From: the human T2T-CHM13v2.0 reference genome, Homo sapiens
NCBI RefSeq assembly: GCF_009914755.1
Contig: NC_060931.1
Reading direction: 5' to 3' (one strand)
DNA length: 64,000 nt
How positions within the stretch are numbered: the first letter of the stretch is position 1; every line of letters begins with the position of its first letter. The translations under genes and the position numbers were made by a program. Shown here piece by piece: positions 15,633 to 31,498 of this stretch. The notes below the pieces were generated by a model. The model was not told the origin of the DNA. It saw only the letters and a list, made by a program, of their open reading frames with translations, and did no database searches.

Positions 15633-15934
15633 GGCCGGGAGCAGTGGATCACACCTGTAATCCCAGCACTTTGGGAGGCCCAGGTGGGTGGATTGCTTGA
15701 GGTCAGGAGTTCGAGACCAGCCTGACCAACATGGTGAAATTCCCTCTCTACTAAATATACAAAAATTAGCCGTGCGTGGTGGTGGGAGCCTGTAATCCCA
15801 ACTATTTGGGAGGCTGAGGCAGGAAAATTGCTTGCACCCAGGGAGCGGAGCTTACAGTGAGCCGAGATTGTGCCACTGCATCATAGCCTGGGCAACAGAG
15901 TGAGACTCCGTCTCAAAAAAAAAAAAAAAAAAAA
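15633..15934 (+). mobile_element. AluS
   Basis: TSD aagaYgcacaRtcag. Confidence 0.92.
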
Positions 15935-18345
15935 GAAAGGAAGATGCACAATCAGACATAGATATTCAGGGGCTTGTCTCTCCATCCAAAAGAGTTTATT
16001 GATCCTCGTTAGCTGAGGTGGGTTCTTGACCAAGATATATTAGACCAAGTTTAAAAAAAAACCTTTAAGCTAATCCTGACTAGTGAGCTCGCTGGTTAAA
16101 AAAGAGGAATCCCGCTTGACCATGTATGGTAGATAAAAGAGCAGTTACACGCCAAAAACCTAACTAAAGCTTCTGGTAATCTAGGAGCCTGCACTCCTTG
16201 TGAAGATAGAGCTAGACACTTTCAAATAAGGATAGACCCATTTCATAGGGTCTTTCGCCTCCTTGTTCTTCTTTCTGCTTGAAGCCTGATCAGTCTATCC
16301 AGTTTAATGGTGCCTTAGAGAAAGCATGCAGTTAACTGAAATTCAGCTTTTAAACTGAAGATCATTTATCTATGGTGTCTTCATCATCTAGATTCATTGC
16401 TAGACTCAGAAGCTGAAAAAGATATTTTCTTATTCAGTCATAATAAAGCTATGTAAATATATAGATTGCACTTGCCCATCAGGCAAGAAGGCATTTCTTG
16501 GTTGAACTTTATTTTGGGCCTCTTCTTTGAGCTGGGATGCCGTTTTGCCCCCTACGCCCGCCCCGTCTAGGAGCCTCTTTTCCTGAGAATCTGTGTTTCT
16601 GTAAGGGCCCTTGTTGTTATGTAGACTAAGACTTGCTGGTCCTCTCTAGGAAGCTTTTATGTAAAGGGAGAAAGTTCACTGTTTTCACACCCAGTTAAAT
16701 TGCCAAACTAAGATTACAGTTCAGTTCTTTTCCCCAGATCATAGTTATCAGATCATTCTTCTCTTAGAAAACATGGATGCGCCTTTTCTAAGATTCTCAG
16801 GATTCACATCATAAACGGGGACTAGAAATAAAGAAAGATCTTGTATATGTGAACGAATTTCTCTAAGCTCACACTTTCTTATTAATATTAGGATAGTGGT
16901 GAGACAAGGAAACCCAGTTCTATTGTTCTGCAGCATATTAGGTCACAGAGTACAGAGGAAGCTTTTAGCAGCTCCAGATAAAGGACCTCACGGAAGCCCG
17001 TGAAGCCAGTGGGACTCAGCTACTGATTAAACAGCAGCTTGTGAAACCGAGCCTCTCGTTTTAGATTAAACAAACAGACTTGTATTTTGAAAAAGATTTC
17101 TAAAGTAAAGGAAATGCTTTCTAAAGTATGAATTACTGTGTTTAACAGCCTCTGGGAAAATTATTTTCAACAGGCTTTCTATGCAAATTATTTTAGGATT
17201 TATAGCTATAAATCTTGAAATTTGATTTTGGTTGGGATTGCTGCAATTACTTTTACTTGGTGATATTTTGGGGTTAACTAAATATGCTCATTTGAACAGT
17301 AATAGGAAGTCCGTCTGCAGTTTTGTAGCTGATTAGCACTGAAGTTATCAAATCCTTACAGTTTTGCTGATAATCAGTGTGCTGAGTGTTCCTGCAAATT
17401 CTCTTAAAAATTTAGAGTCCTTGGGCCCTCTCTGGCCCCTGTGTATTGTGTCACTTAGATAACAGCTGTAGATATAATTTTAAAAAGACACTGTCATATA
17501 AATAAGGGACGTCCAGGGTTCTGAAACAGTAAACAAATGAGTCCTCAAAAAAGTTCTTGTAAATGGACATATAGAAATAATCCAACTTTTTCGTTTAGTT
17601 GAGAGTAAAATTCATGAACCAATCCTAGCTGGAACAGAGTGTTGTAGGAAGAGCTTGGGCTTTGTAGTGAGATCTGGGTGTGAAGCCTTGGCTGCCGCTG
17701 GAATAGCTTAAGGACCCTGGGTCAGTTACTCGACCTCTGGGCTTAGAACTCCATCATTAAAAAGGGTGGCAATGACAATATTTACCCAAAGGGTTGTGGG
17801 GGGCACAGTGGTGTACCCTCTCACACTAGATTGCTTCATTGTTTCAGATTTCTTTGTAAATTTGGTTATCATCAAATTGACTAATGGCAGGTGGTATGGC
17901 ATCAAAGCAGGAGCTCAAAGTGGTAGCTGCGTAACATGGCATGTCTAGAATTTACTGGATTTAAAAAATCTTTGTTGCTCAAAATAACTTTTTTATGGTG
18001 GATGGAGATGCTTTAGAGAGAAATCTGGTTTATTTAAGTCTAAGCTGGTATTGTTACTACTTGAAATTCGTAGTGTTGGAGAACTATGCTGGAAATTTTT
18101 AGGATCATCTGGGTTAGTCTGCTTTTATGTAATAAACCTGTTTTTAAAGTGGAAGATGACTAAAGCTCTTGCATGTGAACAGATGCTGATTTTAATTTAT
18201 TTAAAGGAATCATGAGCACTTGAAAGTTTTTCTTGATCTTAAACACAATTGTGTATTGTCATGAGGCATCCCTGATTAACCCAGGTTGTAGTAGAACAAG
18301 CCCAGAGCTGATGCTTTCTCTTAGAAACCAGAGAGATGAATGTGA

Positions 18346-18563
<218 letters not shown>

Positions 18564-18589
18564 TAGTTACAGTCTTGTGAAGGTCCAAA

Positions 18590-18785
18590 CCTGTGTTGTC
18601 TAGTACAATAGCCACTAGCTCCCTGTGGATGCTTAAATGTAAACGTTTTAGAACGAAAGCTTCAGTTCTTCAGTGGCACTGGCCACAAGTTAAGGGCTTG
18701 ATAACTGCAGGTGGCTGGTGGCTACGGCATTGGACAGCACAGAAGAGAACTTCCCATTATGGAAAAAGGTTCTGTGGGACAGGGC
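18590..18785. mobile_element. MER3-like hAT DNA transposon remnant
   Basis: tagccactagc...gtggctggtggctac...ttggacagcacag. Confidence 0.65.
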
Positions 18786-19050
18786 TGGTGTGAGGCAGGT
18801 ACAGTGCCCAGTCCTTGGTTAGGACATGTAAGGCCAGCTGTGATTATAATTATGATCATGATCCTGATTCTTCGTGAACTCCCAAATCTAGGCCCATTAC
18901 AAGGGTGAGGGAAGTGAGAAGAGGGCTTTGAAAAAAGAAAGAAGAAAAGACAAAATAATTGTGGAGTTTTTGCTGGTGAAGAGATGAGAACTGAGGTAGC
19001 ACAACCTCAGCTCCCCACTGCAGAACAGAAGAAAGAGACTTCAGGGAAAA

Positions 19051-19731
19051 ACAGTCTTGCTCTGTCACTCAGGCTGGAGTGCAATGGCACAATCACAGCT
19101 CACTGTAGCCTCAAACTCCCAGGCTCAAGCAATCCTCCTGCCTCAGCCTCCTGAGTAGGTGTGTGTCACCTACAGACACTTACCTGTAGGTGTGTGACTA
19201 CAGGTGTGTGCCACCATGCCCACTTTATTTTTTTGTAGAGATGGTGATATGGTTTGGCTGTTTCCTCACCCAATTCTTATCTTGAATTGTAGTTCCCGTA
19301 ATCCCCATATGTCGTGTGAGGAACCCCATGGGAGATAGTTGAATCATGGGGGTGGTTACCCCCATGCTATTCTTGTGATAGTGAATGAGTTCTCACAAGA
19401 TCTGATGGTTTTGTAAGGACTTTTCCCCCTTTGCTTGGCACTTCTCTCTCCTGCTGCCATGTGACGAAGGACATGTTTGCTTCCCCTTCCGCCGTGTTTA
19501 TAAGTTTCCTGAGGCCTCCCCAGCCATGTGGAACTGTGAGTCAATTAAACCTCTTTCCTTGATAAATTACCCAGTCTTGAGCGATTCTTTATAGCACTGT
19601 AAGAATGGACTAATACAGCTGGCGTCTCACTGTGTTGCCCAGGCTGGTCTCAAATTCCTGGCCTCAAGTGATCCTCCTGCCTCAGTCTCCAAAAGTGGTA
19701 GGATTATAGGTGTGAGCCACCGCACCTGGCC
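19051..19731 (-). mobile_element. AluJ split by THE1 LTR
   Basis: Alu sequence 19051-19244 and 19618-19731. Confidence 0.85.
19245..19617 (+). mobile_element. THE1 solo LTR (THE1D-like) inserted inside an AluJ
   Basis: TGATATGGTTTGG...GGACTAATACA; TSD gatgg/gctgg; Alu sequence resumes on both sides. Confidence 0.9.
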
Positions 19732-20411
19732 CTTTCTCATTTAAAATCATGTGCTTTTATAGTCGACTAGCAGTGCTTTATTACTGTTTTAAAACTTTGT
19801 ATTTACTAAAATGAGGGAAGGAATATTCTCGGAGGAGATGCTGGACAACCATCTCTGATCTAGAAGACTGCTCCCTCTAGGGATTTTAGATTCCATTATC
19901 AGCTTTTCTTTGAATCTTCTTATGAAGATACTGTTGCAGAAAACTGGGGAAGTTATGGTAAAATTAGCATGTCTGCAGAGCAAAATATTGGATTGATGTC
20001 TTTTAAAATTGTAGCAAGTGGCTAATTCGGAGCCCTGCCTTGGCATTACAATTGTTTGTCACAAAGAGCAGGCATATCAGAAAAGTAACCTCATTATTAA
20101 ATTCTTTTTTTTTTTTTTGCAAAAGTTAGCTCAGTGCAGTGATTCCAAATGTCATTTATTGTATTGTGATTCAGGTGGGAAAAGTGAGCACTATTTATGC
20201 CAGATGTCTCAGGTACCCGCAGCCACAGCATTGATCAGTATCTTTCATTTTCTCTGCCTTTTTTTCCTTCCCCAACCACAAAAGAGTGACTCTGTATTCC
20301 TCTGCCCACCTGGGCCTTTGGTAGGAGGGGGTGGTGGTGGTAAACCTTCTGTTTAATTTTTGACAATTTGGTAGGTAGGTTTTGCATTTTATTATATGTG
20401 TTTTTTTAAAG

Positions 20412-20728
<317 letters not shown>

Positions 20729-21303
20729 TAAAAGGCTTGAGTTACCATCAGGTCAAATTAGGTGTGCAGGACCTTGTGCTATGGCTAAAGTAGCCCCTGT
20801 CTCCCTGCATCTGGTGAAGGGAGACGGTCGCATCGGGGTGTCTGCTGCAGCGCATCTGTTGTTGTTCCTGCCTCCACCCTCCACAGCACTTTTTTCAGAG
20901 CTAACTTGATCTGCCTATCGCTTGCAAAATATTCCGTGCAAATTCCCATCTTCTGGCTCTCCATATATTCTCCCTGTTTGCAATTGCCTCTTTTCCTGCT
21001 TCTGTAAGTGCTGCCATCTTTTTATTTTTTTTAAAACCTCTTTGCGGACCCACCTTCCCTACTGAGTTATTGATCCTGGCCCAGCCCTTAGAGATTCCTT
21101 CCCTTGGTGAACTTGAGAGTGTATACCTGTGGAGCAAGATGTTTCATGGGGTGCCAGACGAAAACATTGGAACTGATGTTTATTCTCATTTCATCCTCTT
21201 AAAAGGTCAACTTATGTGATGTTTTAAGGTATAGAATGTGTGGTACACTAACACATTTTTTGATTTATAAATGACATGGGACGGAAAGAACATAAAATGT
21301 ACT

Positions 21304-22000
<697 letters not shown>

Positions 22001-22055
22001 CTACTACTTGCACTTAATAAATACCAAATACCACTTTATATCTTCATATCATTGG

Positions 22056-22364
22056 TTTTTTGTTTGTTTGTTTAAGAGACAAAGTCTTGCTCTGTTGCCC
22101 AGGCTGGAGTGCAGTGAACTGTCATGGTTTACTGCATCCCTGAACTCCTAGGCTCAAGCAGTCCTCCCATGTCAGCTCCTGAGTAGCTGGGACTATAGGC
22201 GCATGCAACCATGCTTGGCCAATTTTTACTTTTTGTAGAGATGGTCTACAAAAGTAAAGTTGCCATGTTGCCCAGGCTGGTCTCAAACTCCTGGCCTCAA
22301 GCAGTCCTCTGGCTTCGGCCTCCCACGGTGTTGGGATTATAGGTGTGAGCCACAGTGTCCGGCC
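22056..22364 (-). mobile_element. AluJ
   Basis: Alu consensus. Confidence 0.88.
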
Positions 22365-22552
22365 TACATCATTGTTTAAGTCCTGTCTCTTTACCTAGTT
22401 TGCAAGGACCGTGTCTTATATCCTTGGGATAGCACATTTTTGGGATTGGTGTTTGGATGGTATGTCACAGGTTGTAGATGCTCTGTCAGCATTTGTAACT
22501 GAGGATGATGAAGATGATACTAGAGAACTAAGTTCTCCAAACCAGTACCTCA

Positions 22553-22632
22553 GTGTGTGTCTGTGTGTGTGTGTGTGCATGTGCGTGTGTTTGTGCGTGT
22601 GTGTGTGTGTTTGTGTCCGCGTGTGTGTGTGT
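22553..22632. repeat. Imperfect (TG)n microsatellite
   Basis: Direct reading. Confidence 0.9.
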
Positions 22633-22729
22633 GAAGGAGAGGGTATGAGCTGAAGCCTCTCATTCTCTTGCGGACTTGACTTCCCATGCAGCCACAGACC
22701 TTCACCTGGGATGAGGCCATTTATAGTTT

Positions 22730-24162
<1,433 letters not shown>

Positions 24163-24981
24163 AAGATCTGGGTGCTGGGTTTGCTCATTGCTTCTGGGCA
24201 TTTTTAATAGATTTTTGATCCTCTGCTTCCTGTACCTAATCTTTGGGGTTGTGGGGAGGGGAGGAGAGAGCAACTTTGGGACCTCTTAGAGACAGATGAG
24301 CTGGAAGGACTCTGTCCATGTTTTCTCCCTGTCACTTAAACTATTAAATACCACCATAAACATTCTAAATACCATGTTTGTGGTACTAACTGCATTATAA
24401 TGATATTGGCAGAATCTTATTTTTCTTTTTAGAGTAATAAATATATGAAAAATAGATTCGATTTACCTCCTCCAAGAGCAGCTTAATCTCTGAGAATATG
24501 AACGAAACCTCTTTGGCTTAAGAATTTAGTTAGAGAGGATTATTTTGGGGGGTCTTTCAGTGTTGGAATTGCTGAAAAGGTTTATAGGCAACTCCTTGAA
24601 TTGGTAAAAGTTCAGATGAAATTTCTACTGGCGAGTCTCTTGAAGAGCATGGGGCTGTAGACTTGCTTTGATCTGTTTACTGAGCTTTGCTTTGCTTTTT
24701 TTTTCTTTTTATTATAGAAAATTTCAAACATACAGAAAAATAGAGTGAAGTGGTATAGTGGACCCTCGTGTTCCCGTCACCCAGCATCCACAGTATTTTC
24801 ATTCATGATTCATCTTGTTTCACCTTTACCCTTCCCTCTGCCCTAGCCTTTGTTGTATTGATGTAAATCTCAGTGACGGATCAGTGCAGCTGAAAATGCT
24901 TCAGGAAGAAGTAAGTGTGTTTTTATAAAACAGGATGGCTTGCGTGAAGATCACCTAGGTATTTGTAGAAATGCAGATTTT

Positions 24982-25352
<371 letters not shown>

Positions 25353-27517
25353 TTATAATAGTTTTCTGGTTATTTCTCCCCTCATCCCCTCACTGCCACA
25401 ACACACATATTTCATCTTCTACTACGTACAAAATAATACCAGTTATTTACTGGAAATCTGTTGACTTGTGTAACTAGTGAGAATCAAGGAAAGGAGGAAA
25501 ACATTCCATTTGATTAAAAACTTGAGATTTTAAAATGAATGCCAACACCTGAAATCTGAAGAGCTCACTCATCCTGAGCACCACGTGTAAATATCTCCCT
25601 GTGAGTACATATGCCATCACCACAAAGGAATTCAAGCACTCCGGGGCAGAACACAGCTAAAGCTTGAAATAAGTATTTTTTTATTTTTTTAAAAACTTCA
25701 CTCCTTCTCTAGATGTCTGTATGAATAATAGCTTCTTTACATTTTACGAATATCATGTATAAATATCAGGGAAAACAGCAGGTAGTCCGACAATCAGATG
25801 CTGGTACCGTGAGCTGAGAATCTTGGTGCCAGTCCTGGACCACCAGGCCTCAGCTCACTGCAGCTAGAGTCAGGGTGGCAGGTGACTCGTAGGGAAATTT
25901 TGAGAGCAGGTATAAAACCGTGACATTCTTAATTCCCTTGGTGATAAATGGGTGTGCTGTAACGTGAGAACCCCTGATTCGTAATCTATACGGTAACTTG
26001 CAGGGTGTTTTGTTTTGCTAGGATAATATGTTGTTAGCATCTTGCTTTTAAAAAGTTTATTTTTCTAAGCTAACTCATTTAGGTGTAGCCTAGGATTTGT
26101 AGCCTATTTCATATTTTTTGATAGGTACTTTTTTTTAAAAGCTGTTTGTTGTTATATTTTGATATATTTGCTGTGGATGATTGATCTGTACAAAATTTTC
26201 TTATGATGAGCTAAAAAAAGTAAACTGTCTCTGAAGCTGCTACATTATAATGATTGTATAATCATCAGTCGGGTTTGATGAAGAACACCATAGGCTCTTG
26301 TATTAGTACAGACTATTTTTTGACAACATGTATGCCTTGGGTGGGAGAAAAGAATTTAGTTACATCTATGATAGCGGTTTTTGAGAGAGGAGCTGCTCTT
26401 ATTTAAAAGTGAAACCACTATAATTTTAAAAGGCTTATTTTTTTTTCCCCCTTCAGGCTCATATTCTCAGTCCATCCCCAAACTTTGTTTTCCCTGTTTT
26501 TGCTAGACTGAGGAAGGGACTTGAGTTTGACATGGTATAATTGCAACCTTTAATTATAGGAAGTAAATCCCCAAGACATCTTGGACTTAGAAGATAAAGG
26601 AGGAGAAGTTTGCAATCATTTTGCACATTTAAAATATCTGTTTTAACCAACTAGTAATTATAAAATTTTGTAGTTGCAGCTTTTTACTGCAAAACTAAAG
26701 TGTTGTGATCTATTGGTGGCCTCTCAGATTAGCCACTAAATTTAAGTTTAAAGTATTTTTCTCATCGCAGATTCTTCTCAGAACCCTCAATAAATTAAAC
26801 TTGTGCCCCTTTCAAGAGGAAAAAATATCCTGTCCCCATTCTTTCCTGGCAATTTGCCCCTGTAGAAGGGTTCCCTATCTAGGCAGCAGCGGTTGCTTCC
26901 CCGGATCCAGCCTGTCAGTTACTGAGCAGAGCCCCACTTGACTCTTACCTCAGACTGTTATTAAAATGCAACACCCTGACACTGATTGCTGGTAAGGCAC
27001 TGAAAAATAACCAACTTACCAAAATAGCCCCCTGGGAACACTCTCCCAGAGGCCTGCCACAGCAGTACAATTCGGGAATCTGTCATCTAACTTAGTTTTC
27101 TGTATTGAAAAGAAAATTCACTTTAATAAAGAGCTGATCACCAACATTAACCGTATAGGCACCCGGTAGACTTAGAAAATGTTGGGACCGTAAATCCTAG
27201 TCTGTAGAATTTTAGAGTTGAAATGCCAGTTTTACAGATGCAGTCAGTCTCACACCGCCAGTTAGGGGCAGGTCCGATTCAAGAGTGAGGGTCCTAAGGT
27301 CCAGGCCACCCGTTCACCCTGGTGAACCGCATTGTGCTTTAAAGAACCTCTGTAGTGCGATGCGCATGCACACACGGAGACCCAACTCCAGCCACTTCTC
27401 TGGATATTGATTTCTGTATATTCTCTGAAAGTACTGGGGTGAAATGTTAAACTACGAATCATAAGATTGCCTCTTGAAGTACTAAAGAAAATGCCATATT
27501 GAAAATTAGGAAACCAA

Positions 27518-28188
27518 GCCTGGCGTGGTGGCTCACTCCTGTAATCCCAGCACTTTGGGAGGCCAAGGCAGGTGGATCATGAGGTTAGGAGATCAAGACC
27601 ATCCTGGCCAACATGGTGAAACCTTGTTTCTACTAAAATACAAAAAAAAAAAATTAGCCTGGCATGGTGGTGTGCACCTTTAGTCCCAGCAACTCGGGAG
27701 GCTGAGGCAGAGGAATCGCTTGAACCCAGGAGGGTGGAGGTTGCAGTGAGCCGAGATTGCGCCACTGCATTCCAGCCTGGCACAGAGCCAGACTCCATCT
27801 CAAAAAAAAAAAAGAAAATTAGGAAACCAAAGTGCTAGCTTCCATAATTAGGCTGAAAAAAATCACATTCATATTGTTTTTAAATTTGTGCCGGGCATGG
27901 TGGCTCAGGGCTGTAATCCCAGCACTTTGGGAGGCTGAGGCGGCTGGATCGCTTGAGGCCAGGAGTTCGAGACCAGCCTGGGCAACATGGCAAGACCTCG
28001 ACGCTACAAAAATTTTTTAAAAAAATTAGCTGGGTGTGGTGGTGTGCACCTGTGGTTACAGCTACTCAAGAGGCTGAGGTGGGAGGATCACTTGAGCCTG
28101 AGAGGTCTAGGCTGTGTTCGCACCTCTGCACTCCAGCCTGGGCGACAGAGCCGGACTGTCGAGACCGTGTCTCGGGTTAAAAAAAAAA
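27518..28188 (+). mobile_element. Two sense Alus (27518-27813, TSD gaaaattaggaaaccaa; 27890-28188 AluJ-like)
   Basis: Alu consensus. Confidence 0.9.
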
Positions 28189-28374
28189 TTGTAAAAACAA
28201 CTATTTAGTTTCTACCTATGAGATGACATTATACCATTTAATTAAAGGTAATAAAAATGTTTCTGACTTTTAAGAAGTGTAATCATAAACTTGTAAGCAT
28301 TCATTTGTAAACATGAAAGATACTTTAAACACCACCATTGATTTATATGCTTTTGTGGAGGTCTGGACTCCTTT

Positions 28375-28545
28375 TTTTTTCCTTTCCAACTTTCGTTTTT
28401 GTTTCGGGGGGTGCATGTGCAGGTTTGTCACGTGGGTAAATTGCATGTCGTGGGGATTTGGTGTATAGATAATTTTGTCACCCAGGCAATCAGCATAGTA
28501 CCCCATAGGCAGTTTCCCAGTTCTCACCCTCCTCCAACCCTGGAT
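28375..28545 (-). mobile_element. L1P-type 3' end fragment
   Basis: catgtgcaggtttgtcacgtgggtaaattgcatgtc. Confidence 0.75.
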
Positions 28546-28846
28546 GGTTTTAGGAATCCGCAACTGCTGTAGGTCCCAAGAATAATGCTCATTGGCGGAT
28601 ATTTTGTATATCCTTTCAAGAGTCACGGACAGGTATTTTAAAAAGCGTGTGGAACAGTCAACAAATGTCATTTTTCTCCTCTTCTTTCTCTCAGCTCTTT
28701 AAAACAAGGCATTGTGACCCATGCCTCTCATCCCACCCTTTCCTGGCAGCTGCAGCATCCCTCACTTATGTCCTCTTTGTCTCCTGCTCCTGGACCCTTG
28801 CTGTCAGCTTATATAATAAATAACAGTTCAGTGAATAACTCTACAT

Positions 28847-28847
<1 letters not shown>

Positions 28848-28893
<46 letters not shown>
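28848..28893. repeat. Perfect (TG)~23 microsatellite next to an internally deleted Alu (28900-28977)
   Basis: Direct reading. Confidence 0.92.
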
Positions 28894-28896
<3 letters not shown>

Positions 28897-30525
28897 ACTG
28901 GATCTCACTCTGTCCCCTAGGCTGGGGTGTCCCTTCCCAAAGTGCTGGGCTTACAGGCTGAGCCACTGTGCCTGGCCTGCATAACACTTTTAAACATGCT
29001 TTTCTCCTCTGCCTTCCATGGTAGTATGCCTCCCTGTTGCCTCCGAAACATCCTTTTTCCTGTTTCCTATCAGCTCTGTTTCTTTGTCCCCTCCCTTAAA
29101 TGTTGTTTCTTATCTCCTTGGTTCTCTTTTTTTTTTCCTTCCCCCTTGATCTATTTTGTAAATTATATTTGCAAATGATGCATGTAAATAGTTTTAAAAA
29201 ATTAAATAGTTTTTCAGGGTTTATCATAAAAATAGTGAATCCCTGTCCTGTCCCGTTCCTCCCCATCCCTGCTGCTGGCTCCCAGTGGCAACGCCCTGCA
29301 GCTCTTTTAGCCACATTGTGGGCTAATGTGCTTGTAGCACTGTTTGTTGCTTTAATCAGATACTGAGTTTCTACTATGCATGACAAGGATTTATATATTC
29401 ACACACATACGTGCATTCACCCTTTTTCTCAACACAGTCACTTAAACTTTTCCATTAAATCAGCATTCATTATTTACATTTTTATGGCTACAGACATTGT
29501 TTACAACTGACCCTATAGTGTTTGTGATGATTACAGTTCTTTTGTTAGTTTTTTATGAACACATCATTAATCCGTCCCAGGTGCCTTGTCAGCAGCTTAA
29601 ATCTCCTCTCCGTGTGTTTGGCTGTTGTGTCCTGGAACCCTTGTGTCCTATGCCAGTCTTGCAGTGGTGTCTCTGTGGCCGCTGTCCAGCCTCTTGAGAG
29701 GTCTGAAGCTTTTAAGACTTCCTATGTGTCTAGATCTGAACAGTTGTAAAGCTGTGCCTTGGTATGAGTCTCGTTTCATCCATTTCATTCATCAACATGG
29801 ATGCACAATGGGCCCTTTGAACCTTGAAAGTTGTGTGCTTTAGTTCTGGCCAATTTTCATATATACACACACACACACACACACAGACAGACATACACAT
29901 GTATGTGTATATATGCACACACTTTTTGGGAAGAATTCTCTTCCTTCTCTTTGTTCTTTCCATCTAAAGCTTCTATCAGCAGATTGTTGGATGTTTTGGA
30001 ATGAGCTTCTACTTTACTTCTGTTGATCTTTTTGTCTGTGTTCTACTGCTATGTGCAAGTATTTTTTTCAATTTCATTTGATTTCCAGGAGGCCTCCTCT
30101 CCCACTTTTTAAATAGCCTCTTTCCTCTCATGAGTATACTGTCTCTTGTTATTTCTGAGAATATAGTTGTTGTTTTTTATTATTTTTTAGCCCCTGCATT
30201 GTCTGTTTCCCTCAGGTTCCTTTATATCTGTTTGGGTTGGGCACTGTCTTTTACCTAAGAGGTTTTTCAAATGTCAGGTGATACTTGAAAGTCTGTTCCT
30301 CTTTCAGAGCAGGGAGTTAATAAATGGATTGGAGGTGTGCTCCATGTCCCCTTTTCCCTCCAGCTTCACCTCACATCTGCCAGCAAGTCCTGGCTCCACC
30401 TGCTTTCGTCCCCTGCTCTGTCATGGAGTGGGAAGAGCTTGCACTCTGAGCCTCACCATGTACTGTCTGACCTTGGAGAAGTTACTTTGCCTCTTCAGTG
30501 CTCCGTTTCTTCATTTTAAAATGGG

Positions 30526-30979
<454 letters not shown>

Positions 30980-31185
30980 CTAATGATACTACCTACCTCA
31001 AAGAGTTGTTATGGAATTGGAAGAGTTTAGAATACTGCCTGGAACATTGTAAGCAACATGTAAATATTGACTATTTTTATAACCCTCCTGGGATCAAATC
31101 ACTGTCATTTCTTGCATGATTTAGTTGTAATATCAGAAATGTGTTCCCTGGTCATTCCATAAAAAATAACAGTCTCCCCAGTCCA

Positions 31186-31498
<313 letters not shown>

